A stretch of DNA of 64,000 nucleotides from Planctomycetota bacterium (lineage in GTDB: Bacteria; Planctomycetota; Phycisphaerae; Phycisphaerales; Phycisphaeraceae), in the NCBI GenBank assembly GCA_021413865.1, contig JAIOPN010000006.1, positions 41,409 to 105,408 of the forward strand, in the 5' to 3' direction. This document shows positions 9,528-18,495 of the stretch, piece by piece. The position numbers were made by a program, and so were the translations under genes. The first letter of the stretch is position 1. Every line of letters starts with the position of its first letter. The notes below the pieces were generated by a model that did no database searches, had not been told where the DNA came from, and saw only the letters and a program-made list of their open reading frames with translations.

Positions 9528-11144
9528 TCAAAGCGTGAGTGCCCGGTTGATGCGTGCGAGCGTCGAATTTTTTCCCAGCAGCGCGAGCGTGTCCTGGATC
9601 GGCGGGCTGACGGTCGAGCCGGAGACGGCGACGCGGAGCGGTTGGGCGATGTCGCCCATGCCCTTGCCGGCGCGCTGGGCGAAGGCCTCGAGCGCGGCGT
9701 GCAGCGCGGGGCCGTTCCAATCGCTGATCGCGGTGAGCACGGCCGCCAGTTCGCGCAGCATGGCGAGGCCGGCGCCGTTCTCTTTCTTGAGGACCTTCTC
9801 GACGGCCTTGGGGTCGTATTGCACGTCACCGTCGGCGACCACGAAGAACATGCCGTTGATCGAGGGCTCGTCGAGCGTCCGGCTGCGCGGGCGGTAGGCC
9901 TCGGCGAGGATGCGGAGCCTGGCGTCGTCGAACTTCTGCAGATAAACCGGGTGGAACGCGGCCAGGTGCTCGCGCCAGAGCTTGAAGAACTCGTCGGGCG
10001 TGAGCTTGCCGATCGCCTCGGTGTTGAAGGCGAGGAGCTTGGCGCGGTCGAAACGGGCGTTGGACTTGCCGATGCGCTCCAGATCGAAGTTCTTGGCGAG
10101 GAAGTCGAGGTCGAAGCGTTCGAGGTCGTTACCGGGCGACCAGCCGAGGAGGGCGAGGTAATTGAGGATGACCGAGGGGAGGTAGCCGGAGCGGCGGAAG
10201 TCGTGGACGTCGATCTCGGGGAGGATGACGTTGAGCACGCCGGCGACCGCGAGGGCGATCTCGACCGCGTCCGATTTTTTATCCAGGAAAGCGCGGAACG
10301 CCGCGTCGTCCACGCCCGGTGCGGCGGCGAGCTTCCGCTCCTTTGCGGCGGCGCGGGCGACCTTCGCCTTGTCGCGCTTGCTCATCTTCGAGCCGTCGGA
10401 ATTGAAGATCAGCGGCATGTGGGCGTAGCTCGGCCGCTTGATCCCCAGCGCGTCGAACATGGCGACGTGCTTGGGCGTGTTCATCAAATGTTCCTGTGCC
10501 CGCAGCACGTGCGTGACCTTCATGGTCGCGTCGTCCACCACGTTGGCGAAGTGGAACGTTGGTCCGCCGTCGCTCTTGAAGATGACGAAGTCCTCGAGCT
10601 CCGCGGCCTTGATGGTCACGTCGCCGAGCACGAGGTCGTTCACGGTCACGTCGGCATCCGGCATGCGGAACCGCCAGACGAAGGGCTTGCCCGCGGCGAT
10701 GAGCTGATCGGTCTGCGCTTTGGAAAGATTCAGCGATTCCGCGGGGTCGTACTTGTAGGCGCGGCCCTCGGTTTTGGCCTTCGCCTTCGCGGCGGTGAGC
10801 TCCTCGGCGGTCTTGAAGCAGCGGTACGCCCGGCCGATGGCGGCGAGCTGTTCGAGGTATTGCTTGTAGAGGTGGCCGCGCTGGCTCTGAAAATAGGGGC
10901 CGCTGGGCCCGCCGACCTCGGGGCCCTCGTCCCAGTTCAGGCCGAGCCAGCGGAGGTCTTCGAGGATTTTTTTGGTGGACTCGTCGGTGGATCGCGCGGC
11001 GTCGGTGTCCTCGATGCGGAGGATGAACCGTCCGCCGTGCCTGCGGGCGTAGGCCCAGTTGAAGAGCGCGGTGCGGGCGCCGCCGACGTGGAGGTAGCCG
11101 GTCGGGCTGGGGGCGAAGCGGGTGACGACGGTGGAATCAGCCAT
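9528..11144 (-). CDS. gltX: Glutamate--tRNA ligase
   Basis: RFAPSPTGYLHVGGARTALFNW (HIGH) and KMSKR motifs. Confidence 0.9.
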   Translation of the reverse strand: MADSTVVTRFAPSPTGYLHVGGARTALFNWAYARRHGGRFILRIEDTDAARSTDESTKKILEDLRWLGLNWDEGPEVGGPSGPYFQSQRGHLYKQYLEQLAAIGRAYRCFKTAEELTAAKAKAKTEGRAYKYDPAESLNLSKAQTDQLIAAGKPFVWRFRMPDADVTVNDLVLGDVTIKAAELEDFVIFKSDGGPTFHFANVVDDATMKVTHVLRAQEHLMNTPKHVAMFDALGIKRPSYAHMPLIFNSDGSKMSKRDKAKVARAAAKERKLAAAPGVDDAAFRAFLDKKSDAVEIALAVAGVLNVILPEIDVHDFRRSGYLPSVILNYLALLGWSPGNDLERFDLDFLAKNFDLERIGKSNARFDRAKLLAFNTEAIGKLTPDEFFKLWREHLAAFHPVYLQKFDDARLRILAEAYRPRSRTLDEPSINGMFFVVADGDVQYDPKAVEKVLKKENGAGLAMLRELAAVLTAISDWNGPALHAALEAFAQRAGKGMGDIAQPLRVAVSGSTVSPPIQDTLALLGKNSTLARINRALTL

Positions 11145-11168
11145 GAGAGAGATTTTCTGTGCGGGGTT

Positions 11169-11951
11169 TTAGTTCGGGCGCGGGACCTGTGAATCGATCG
11201 GGAAGGTCATGAGGTAGTTCGCGCCGGCGGGGGTGGTGAGCTGGATGTCGTCGATGTAGGCGACGAAGTGGCCGGGGATGCCCGAGCCCGAGCCGACGCC
11301 GATGGCGATGACCGGGCTGTCCGCCGAGTAGTGTTGGGATTGCTTGTGATCGACGCCGCGGGTGGCGCGGAAACCGGAGGCGTATTTGGCGAGGGTCTGG
11401 AAGCCGTCGTTCATGTTGAAATTGAGGGCGTCGGTCTGCGGCCAGTAGGTGCCGTGGGTGAGGTCGAGTGAAATCCACTGGCCGTTCGGCGGCATCTCGG
11501 ATTTCTTGTAGGGCGAGTAGCCGTTGTAGGGCGACTCCCAGAGCAGGCGTGAGGTGGAGCCGTCGGGGTGGCGGATGAGGAGGAAGAGGTAGGGGAGCGT
11601 GTAGGGGGGCACGTCCTTGGTGGTGGATGGGTCGCGATAGACATTGAAGCGGAGGGTCGCGCCGGGTTGGGTGAGTTGGCCGAGCGTGCAAAGCGGCTGG
11701 TTATCGCGGCGCGTGATGAGGGCGCGGGCGATGGGCTTGTCGTTTTGCGGGTCGTCGGGGAGCGAGTGGGTGACGATGAGCAGCGCTGGGCTGTGCAGCG
11801 CGGGCGGGCCTTCGTTGGTGACGAGCCTGCACTGCGGGCCGATGGCGTCTTCACGCCAGACGAGGTCGGCGTTGTTGTGCGCGGGGACGGTTGGTGCGGA
11901 GTGGCAGGCGGCGAGGAAGAGGGCGAGCGTGATGAGGGCGGCGTATCGCAT
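11169..11951 (-). CDS. Hypothetical lipoprotein
   Basis: ATG confirmed at 11951. Lipobox LFLAAC. No family recognised. Confidence 0.6.
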   Translation of the reverse strand: MRYAALITLALFLAACHSAPTVPAHNNADLVWREDAIGPQCRLVTNEGPPALHSPALLIVTHSLPDDPQNDKPIARALITRRDNQPLCTLGQLTQPGATLRFNVYRDPSTTKDVPPYTLPYLFLLIRHPDGSTSRLLWESPYNGYSPYKKSEMPPNGQWISLDLTHGTYWPQTDALNFNMNDGFQTLAKYASGFRATRGVDHKQSQHYSADSPVIAIGVGSGSGIPGHFVAYIDDIQLTTPAGANYLMTFPIDSQVPRPN

Positions 11952-12005
11952 GGGGCGATTGTAAGAGAAGTGGGAGGCCCGGGATTTTGGAGGACGCGCC
12001 TCCAC

Positions 12006-13157
12006 ATGGATGTTTGTATAATGTTCGGTATGCCGGACCCGTACGAATACCGCGACGCGCTGCCGCACGGGCTCTACAAGGGGCGGGGCGCGGGGCTGAA
12101 TCCGGGGAACCGGCACGAGACGGTCCGGCTGCATGTGCTCGGCGAACATTTAGATGAGGTCGCCGCCGAGCGCGGCGAGGAGGCGGTGACCATCGGCGAG
12201 GGGCAGACGCGCACGCAGGTCTTCCCCGACAAGACGCGCACGCTGATCAACAAGGTGAGTTCGCCCGACATGCCGATGGGCTGGACGGTGAACCCGTACC
12301 GCGGGTGCGAGCATGGCTGCGTCTATTGCTACGCACGGCCGGACCACGAGCGATTGGGCATGTCGCTCGGCCTGGATTTCGAGACCAAGATCATGGCGAA
12401 GTTCGACGCGCCGAAGATCCTCCGCCGCGAGCTGGCGAATCCCCGATGGAAGGGGGAGGGGATCATGATGGCTGGGGTAACGGACTGCTACCAGCCGATC
12501 GAGCGCGAGCTGCGGATCACGCGCGGCTGCCTGGAGGTGATGGCCGAGTGCCGGCAGCCTGTGACGATCGTGACCAAGAACCGGCTCGTGCTGCGCGATC
12601 TTGATTTGCTGCGCGAGATGGCGGCCTGCGGGGTGGTCACGGTGGGGGTGAGCGTGACGTCGCTCGACGCGTCGCTGGCGTTGAAGATGGAGCCGCGGGC
12701 CAGTTCGCCGAGCGATCGGCTGCACACGATCCGGGAGTTGGCGAACGCCGGCGTGCCGGTGATGGCGATGGTGGCGCCGATCGTGCCGGGGATCACGGAC
12801 CACGAGACGCCGATGATCCTGAAGGCGGTCGCGGAGGCCGGGGCGCGGTCGGCGGGGTATGTATTGCTGCGGCTGCCGTACCAACTGAAGGATTTATACC
12901 TGGATTGGTTGAAGCGTCACTTCGCCGGCCGCGCGGCACACGCGGAGAGTTTGCTGCGCCAGACGCACGACGGCGCGTTGTACGACGCCACACCGGGCAA
13001 ACGGCGGCGCGGCGAGGGGCCGATCGCCGAGCACATCGGGCGGACGTTCGAGGTGTTCAAGCGGCGGTACGGGTTGGACCGCGGATTGGGGGCGCGGGAG
13101 CGGCAGCCGTTCAGGCCCCCGCGCGTCGAGGCGGATGGGCAGATGCGTTTGTTTTAG
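12006..13157 (+). CDS. Radical SAM protein (PA0069-like)
   Basis: GCEHGCVYCYA (CxxxCxxC). Alternative in-frame ATGs at 12021 and 12030. The upstream part of the listed ORF is a shadow of the opposite-strand lipoprotein gene. Confidence 0.8.
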   Translation: MDVCIMFGMPDPYEYRDALPHGLYKGRGAGLNPGNRHETVRLHVLGEHLDEVAAERGEEAVTIGEGQTRTQVFPDKTRTLINKVSSPDMPMGWTVNPYRGCEHGCVYCYARPDHERLGMSLGLDFETKIMAKFDAPKILRRELANPRWKGEGIMMAGVTDCYQPIERELRITRGCLEVMAECRQPVTIVTKNRLVLRDLDLLREMAACGVVTVGVSVTSLDASLALKMEPRASSPSDRLHTIRELANAGVPVMAMVAPIVPGITDHETPMILKAVAEAGARSAGYVLLRLPYQLKDLYLDWLKRHFAGRAAHAESLLRQTHDGALYDATPGKRRRGEGPIAEHIGRTFEVFKRRYGLDRGLGARERQPFRPPRVEADGQMRLF

Positions 13158-13173
13158 CGGAGCCCCGCTCACT

Positions 13174-14145
13174 TCACTCCGGCGCGTCGCGCCAGTCGAA
13201 CACGATCCCGTTGAAGGTGTTGCGTTCCTTCGTGAACAGCCGGCCGTAGAACGCCTCGGATTCCTTCCACGAGACCGTGTGCGTGAGCAGCGGGGAGATG
13301 TCGAGCTTGCGTGATTCCATCAGGCGCAGCACGCCCTCGCGGACGGGAGAGTCGCCGATGAACGCGGGGAAGAAGGAGCGTGCCTGCTTGCCGTGCAGGG
13401 AGAGGAAGCGGAACGTGAGGTTGCCCGGGTAGTGGCCCTCAAACACGAACCGGCCCTTGTTGCACAAACAGGCGGCGGCGACATCGACGAGCTCCTGCAC
13501 GCCGGTCGATTCCATCACCACGTCCACGCCCCAGGGGAATTTCGGTTTGAGCAGATCGACGGGCGGGGTGGCGGAGGAGTCGAGCATCCAGTCGACACAG
13601 TGTTTCTTGCCGATCTCGATGCGGGCCGGCGCCACGTCGGCGCCGACGACGTACGCCCCGCGCAGCCGCGCCAGCATGGCCGTGCACTGGCCGATCAGCC
13701 CCATGCCGTGCACGAGCACCGCGTCGCCGGTGTTGATCTGCGCCTGGTTGATCGCGTTGGCGCCGACGCTGGGCTGGACGAACATCGCCGCTTCGTGCGC
13801 GATCGAGGGGTCGGCCAGCTTGTGCGTGAGCGACGCGGCGGCCTTCGCATACACGGCGTGCGAGCCCGAGCCGCAGAACGCCGCCACCCAGTCCCCCACG
13901 GCGAGGTTCTCCACCTTCGGCCCGACCTGGGCGATCCGGCCGCACGCCTGGTACCCCGCGATGAACGGCGGCCGCTGGTAGTAGTCGATCTTCCCCGTCG
14001 CCAGCGACATCTCCGTCCCCACGCTCACGCCGGAATAATGCACGCGGATGACGACCTCGTTCTCGCCGGCGACCGGCATCGGCTGGTCCATCAGCGAAAC
14101 GCTATTGATTTGCGGGACACAAAGTGCTTTCATGGTGGTGGACAC
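13174..14145 (-). CDS. Zinc-type alcohol dehydrogenase / MDR family oxidoreductase
   Basis: GVSVGTE... GYQACG... VLVHGMGLIGQ Rossmann pattern. Confidence 0.8.
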   Translation of the reverse strand: MSTTMKALCVPQINSVSLMDQPMPVAGENEVVIRVHYSGVSVGTEMSLATGKIDYYQRPPFIAGYQACGRIAQVGPKVENLAVGDWVAAFCGSGSHAVYAKAAASLTHKLADPSIAHEAAMFVQPSVGANAINQAQINTGDAVLVHGMGLIGQCTAMLARLRGAYVVGADVAPARIEIGKKHCVDWMLDSSATPPVDLLKPKFPWGVDVVMESTGVQELVDVAAACLCNKGRFVFEGHYPGNLTFRFLSLHGKQARSFFPAFIGDSPVREGVLRLMESRKLDISPLLTHTVSWKESEAFYGRLFTKERNTFNGIVFDWRDAPE

Positions 14146-14402
14146 GGGTCACCTCTGGTGGGTAATGGATCGGGGCGGTCAGGATAACAAGGAAGGCGGG
14201 AATAAGGCAGCCCGGGCCGGGGTTGATCCCGCGTGGCCGGTTGAAGCCCGCGCGGGGGATTCGGGAATAAGCTGGCGGCCCCGGCGGATAGTGCTGATGA
14301 GCCCGCCGCGTGAACAAGTTTTATGAACGGGCGCGTGCCCGTTGGCGTATCGGATGAACCAGGGACGCGTCGTCCCAAACCACCTTTCTCAAGGAGTGTT
14401 TT

Positions 14403-14756
14403 ATGAATCGTCAGACCAAGACCCTGCTCGCCGCCGCCGCCATGACCGGCCTGCTCACCGGCGCCGCCCAGCGCACCATGGCCGACACACCCACCTCGGG
14501 CCGCGCGTCGATCTCCAAGACGACGCTCTCCGAGATCGCCGGCCAGAAGTCGCCCAAGACCTTCGAAGAAGGCAAGAGCGGCTGCAGCGGCAAGGACGGG
14601 TGCAACAGCAAGCACGACTGCAAAGGCAAGCATGACTGCAAGGGCAAGAACGACTGCAAAGGCAAGGGCGGTTGCAAGAGCGGGGACAACGGCTGCAAGG
14701 GCAAGAACTCCTGCAAGGGCAAGGGCGGCTGTTCCACCGAAGGCAAGCACGAGTAA
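14403..14756 (+). CDS. Sec-signal Cys-repeat precursor peptide (putative MNIO substrate)
   Basis: AAGGAG lies 8 nt before the ATG. Signal peptide MNRQTKTLLAAAAMTGLLTGAAQRTMA. Core has nine Cys in K-G-K-x-x-C hexads. The gene sits directly upstream of the DUF692 and DUF2063 genes. Confidence 0.8.
   Translation: MNRQTKTLLAAAAMTGLLTGAAQRTMADTPTSGRASISKTTLSEIAGQKSPKTFEEGKSGCSGKDGCNSKHDCKGKHDCKGKNDCKGKGGCKSGDNGCKGKNSCKGKGGCSTEGKHE
14583..14732 (+). repeat. Degenerate 18-bp in-frame repeats (tgcaaRggcaagNNNNNN) encoding the C-x5-C core
   Basis: Read directly. Eight inter-Cys spacers: seven of 5 residues and one of 6. Confidence 0.8.
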
Positions 14757-14784
14757 TCCGCGACACATCCGCGTTTCGCACACG

Positions 14785-14818
14785 CCTTGGACCCGGGAAA
14801 CCGGGTCCTTGGTTTTTC
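14785..14818 (+). terminator. Intra-operon hairpin + T-run (attenuator) between the precursor and MNIO genes
   Basis: ccttGGACCCGGgaaaCCGGGTCCttgg followed by ttttt. Confidence 0.55.
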
Positions 14819-14849
14819 GATCGCAGCATCACCGCCCGCACGGAGCCCC

Positions 14850-15728
14850 ATGCCCGCCAACCGCCACAACGGATTCACCGACCTGGGCATCGGCGTCGGG
14901 CTGCGCGTCCCGCACTACAGCCACATCCTGGGCCGCAAGCCCGCCGTGGACTGGTTCGAGATCATCTCCGAAAACTTCATGATCGACGCCGGCCGACCGC
15001 TGCGCACGCTCGACCTGATCCTCGAGCAATACGCCGTCGTGCAGCACGGTGTCTCGATGTACCTGGGCTCGCCGCGGCTCAACCGCGACCACCTCAAGCG
15101 GCTCAAGCAGCTCGTCCGCCGCACGAAAACGCCGTTCGTCTCGGACCACCTCTGCTGGGGCAGCGTGGATGGCTCCTATTCGCACGACCTCCTGCCGCTG
15201 CCCTACACCTTCGCCGCGGCGCGGCACGTGGCGGCGCGGGTGCGCGAGGCACGGGATATTTTGGAAGTGCCCGTCATCGTCGAAAACGTGTCGAGCTACG
15301 CCGAGTTCCACGCCTCCGAGATGAGCGAGTGGGAGTTCCTTGCCGAAGTCGTCGAGCGCGCCGACTGCGGCATGCTGCTCGACGTGAACAACATCTACGT
15401 CTCCTCGCGCAACCATAATTTTGACCCGTTCGACTACCTCAACGGTGTGCCGCTGGAGCGCGTCGGGCAGGTGCACATCGCCGGGCACACGAAGTTCGAG
15501 CGTTACATCCTCGACACGCACGACCACCCCGTGCTGCCCACGGTCTGGAGGCTGTACGCCCACGTCGTCTCGCGGATCGGTCCCGTGAACACGCTGCTGG
15601 AGTGGGACGCCCGCATCCCGCCGTTCGAGGAGGTCCACCGCGAGGCGCTCAAGGCCCGACGGTTCCTCCGTGATCTGGAAACCCAACGAAGTGAAAACCG
15701 CAAGAGCGCACAAACCGTCACCGCCTGA
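14850..15728 (+). CDS. DUF692 / MNIO family enzyme (MbnB/HvfB/BufB-like)
   Basis: GIGVGLRVPHY, WFEIISENF, HGVSMYLGS, SDHLCW, ENVSSY, DVNNIYV, HIAGH, DTHDHPV, LEWD. GGAG lies before the ATG at 14850. Confidence 0.9.
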   Translation: MPANRHNGFTDLGIGVGLRVPHYSHILGRKPAVDWFEIISENFMIDAGRPLRTLDLILEQYAVVQHGVSMYLGSPRLNRDHLKRLKQLVRRTKTPFVSDHLCWGSVDGSYSHDLLPLPYTFAAARHVAARVREARDILEVPVIVENVSSYAEFHASEMSEWEFLAEVVERADCGMLLDVNNIYVSSRNHNFDPFDYLNGVPLERVGQVHIAGHTKFERYILDTHDHPVLPTVWRLYAHVVSRIGPVNTLLEWDARIPPFEEVHREALKARRFLRDLETQRSENRKSAQTVTA

Positions 15729-16590
15729 CGCCCGCTCGGCCGCCGCGCTGGCGGAGCTGCAGCGGCTGATGTTCTCGGCCGTGTCGCGGCCGCTCACGCC
15801 GGCGCAGCGCATGAACCCGCGCTGGGGCAACGGTCGGCGCACCGCGGACGTCGCCGCCTCCTTCATCAAGCCCAACGACCGGCTCACGTCGTTCGACCGG
15901 CTGGAAATCTACAACCGCCAGTACTGGTTCCGCCTGCTCGACTGCCTCTACGACGACTTCCCCGGCCTGCGCGCGGTGATCGGGGAGAAGAAGTTCACCG
16001 CGATGTCGGAGACGTACCTCACGCGCTACCCATCGAGTTCTTTTACGCTGCGCAACCTCGGCTCGCGGCTGGAGAAGTTCCTCCGCGAAGAGCCGCGCTG
16101 GGCGCGGCCACGCACGGCCCTGGCGCTCGACATGGTCCGCTTCGAATGGGCGAAGATCATCGCCTTCGACGGCGGCGCGAGGCCGATCGTGACGATCGAC
16201 GATCTGCTGGGGCGGGACCCGTCGAGGCTGCGCCTGAAACTCCAGCCATACGTCACGCCGCTGGAACTGGGCTATCCGCTGGATGATTTCTCGATCGCGC
16301 TGCGCCAGCGTGATGACGACGGGCCGCAGGCCGGTAACGCGGCTTCAACCGGGCGTGCGTCGAAGAGCGGCCGCACTGTCCGGCTGCCGCGGCCCGAGCG
16401 CGTTTACTTGGCGGTGCACCGGCTGGAGAACGTGGTGTACTACAAACGGCTCGACGCGAGCGCGTACGCCGTGTTGTGTGCGCTGCGCGGCGGGGCGACG
16501 CTGGCGAAGGCGTCGGAGCGCGCAAACGACGCGGAGTCGCTCCGGCGGTGGTTTGAGATGTGGATGAAACTCGGGTGGTTCTGCCGGTGA
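15670..16590 (+). CDS. DUF2063 family partner protein (MbnC/HvfC/BufC-like)
   Basis: LEIYNRQYWFRLLDCLYDDFPGL is typical of DUF2063. The GTG start (15670 or 15691) overlaps the MNIO gene end. Confidence 0.8.
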   Translation: MIWKPNEVKTARAHKPSPPDARSAAALAELQRLMFSAVSRPLTPAQRMNPRWGNGRRTADVAASFIKPNDRLTSFDRLEIYNRQYWFRLLDCLYDDFPGLRAVIGEKKFTAMSETYLTRYPSSSFTLRNLGSRLEKFLREEPRWARPRTALALDMVRFEWAKIIAFDGGARPIVTIDDLLGRDPSRLRLKLQPYVTPLELGYPLDDFSIALRQRDDDGPQAGNAASTGRASKSGRTVRLPRPERVYLAVHRLENVVYYKRLDASAYAVLCALRGGATLAKASERANDAESLRRWFEMWMKLGWFCR

Positions 16591-16591
16591 G

Positions 16592-16667
16592 TTTTGCGGC
16601 TGTTTAGCGCCGCCCCGAATGGGGCGGGCTTCCGTGTGACCGCGCTAAGCCGCAAGCGGCAAAAAAC
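16592..16667. terminator. Compound palindrome between convergent genes
   Basis: Outer stem GCGGC-tgt-TTAGCGC / GCGCTAA-GCCGC encloses the hairpin CGCCCCGAATGGGGCG. T-rich and A-rich flanks. Confidence 0.5.
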
Positions 16668-16668
16668 A

Positions 16669-17406
16669 TCAATCCCCTTTTGGAGACCAACCCAATAAAT
16701 CGAGGGCCCGGCGCTGGATGTAGTGGCGGCCTTCCGCATCGCCCGAGGCCATGATGATGTGGAAGCCCGGGTGGTCGCAGGCGAGGGCGGCGAGGAAGAG
16801 GCGACGGGTATCGTTGGGGGCGAGGAAGGGGGTTGTTTTCAGTTCGCCGGCATCGCGTGCCTTGGCGTAGTCGGCCTCGTTGCGTGGGGCGAAGAGGCGG
16901 AGTGAGACGAAGGTGCTGTGCGGGCTGTGCTGCGCGCCGGCGCGCATGGTGAGTTCGCCGGTCTGCTTGCTCACACCGTAGGCGTGGAACGCGTCGGGCG
17001 GGAGCGTTTCATCGAACGGCACGGGTCGCATCTCGGGGGACCAGACGCTGATCGTGCTCGCGTAAACGAATTTTTTCACGCCGGCGGCGAGGCCGTGCAG
17101 GATGAAGCCGAACCAGCCGGCGGTGTTTACGGCGAACGCGGGGCCGATCGCCTTGATGTCTTTCCGCGGGCCGGAGGTGCCCATCTGGGTGACGTCGGTC
17201 GCGCCCATCGCCAGGTACAGGATCGCGTCGATGCCGCGCACCGCCGACGTGATCGCCGCCTCGTCGGTCACGTCGGCGACGATCGTCTGGGCCTCGCGCC
17301 CCGGGACCGGACGGTGGTCGAAGAACTTGCAGGTGTGCTCTTTTTCAAGGCCCGGGATCACGATCGACGCCACATAACCCGCCGCGCCGACGACTAGGAC
17401 GTTCAT
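16669..17406 (-). CDS. NAD-dependent epimerase/dehydratase family protein
   Basis: MNVLVVGAAGYVAS (GxxGxxG). ATG confirmed at 17406. Confidence 0.75.
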   Translation of the reverse strand: MNVLVVGAAGYVASIVIPGLEKEHTCKFFDHRPVPGREAQTIVADVTDEAAITSAVRGIDAILYLAMGATDVTQMGTSGPRKDIKAIGPAFAVNTAGWFGFILHGLAAGVKKFVYASTISVWSPEMRPVPFDETLPPDAFHAYGVSKQTGELTMRAGAQHSPHSTFVSLRLFAPRNEADYAKARDAGELKTTPFLAPNDTRRLFLAALACDHPGFHIIMASGDAEGRHYIQRRALDLLGWSPKGD

Positions 17407-17551
17407 GCTGATCTCCTGACACTTGAATTGAACCATGGAGGCGCGGAGGGGAGATGAGAAAGCGGAGAAGAATAGAAATCGAATCAAAAATCAGTTTTCT
17501 GCTTTCTCCGTGCTCTCCGCGTCTCCGTGGTTCAATTCGGGAAACGGTGTA

Positions 17552-18403
17552 TCACGCCTTGGCGTTCTTCATCACCGTGGCGCGGATGCGGGCGACGATC
17601 TCGCGGTGGGTCGCGTCCATGGCGTCGGGGGACTGTTCCGTGGGAGGACGCTGGAGCTCAAAGTGCCCATGGTCGTCACGGCCGCGCACGAGCATCGCGA
17701 TGGGCTTGAGCGGGCTGTCCTGCACGACCTCGGGTTTCACGTAGCGGATCGCGATGCCGATGCGGGGCACGTTCGACGTGTTGGCGTTGGAGCCGTGCAC
17801 GATCCAGATGTGGTGGAGCGACATCTCGCCGGGGGCGAGGACGAGGTCCACGGCGCGGGCCTCGTCCACCTCGACGGCGATCTCCTGGCCGCGCGACAGG
17901 GCGTTGTCGGTGGCGTAGGTCTCGCGCTGCGGGAGGCGGGGCTTGGTGTGCGTACCGGGGATGACGCGCATGCAGCCGTTGCCGGGGAACGCGCGCTCAA
18001 GCGATATCCACGCCGAGACGACGCTGGGCGGGTTGAGGTTCCAGTAGGTGCCGTCCTGGTGCCAGCTCACGTAGGTTTTTTCGCCGGGCATCTTGACGAA
18101 CCAGTTGCTGTCCCACGCCAGGACGTTGGGCCCGAGGACGGACTCGACGGCGTCGAGCACGCGCGGGTGCGAGGCGATGCGGTACACCCACGGATAGGCG
18201 AAGTGCGTCTGCGAGAAGACCTGGTATTTCTCGCGCGCCGCCATCTGCGCGAGCCTCGCGTCGTGGCGCGTCTTGTGGGCCATGAACGCGGTCATGCCCG
18301 CCTTGATCTCGGCCTCGTCGAGCACGGGGACGGGGAAGAGGTAACCGTCCTGCTCGAAGCGGCGGACCTGGTCGGGGGAGAGGGAGGATGTGGCGGTGGT
18401 CAT
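17552..18403 (-). CDS. Phytanoyl-CoA dioxygenase (PhyH) family protein
   Basis: FEQDGYLF..., WHQDGTYW, typical 2OG-Fe(II) PhyH layout. ATG confirmed at 18403. Confidence 0.8.
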   Translation of the reverse strand: MTTATSSLSPDQVRRFEQDGYLFPVPVLDEAEIKAGMTAFMAHKTRHDARLAQMAAREKYQVFSQTHFAYPWVYRIASHPRVLDAVESVLGPNVLAWDSNWFVKMPGEKTYVSWHQDGTYWNLNPPSVVSAWISLERAFPGNGCMRVIPGTHTKPRLPQRETYATDNALSRGQEIAVEVDEARAVDLVLAPGEMSLHHIWIVHGSNANTSNVPRIGIAIRYVKPEVVQDSPLKPIAMLVRGRDDHGHFELQRPPTEQSPDAMDATHREIVARIRATVMKNAKA

Positions 18404-18495
18404 GATGGGGCCTCCGGGTGGCGGCACCATCGTAACCTGCGTGCGGGTTAGCACGGTAGGGCGCGTTGCGCTGTGCTCCACGCACCCTACCCTTG

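Noticed and set aside
8842-9897. 351-aa + strand ORF across the ECF sigma gene and the gltX 3' end
   Set aside because: It is antisense to two motif-bearing genes and has shadow-frame composition.
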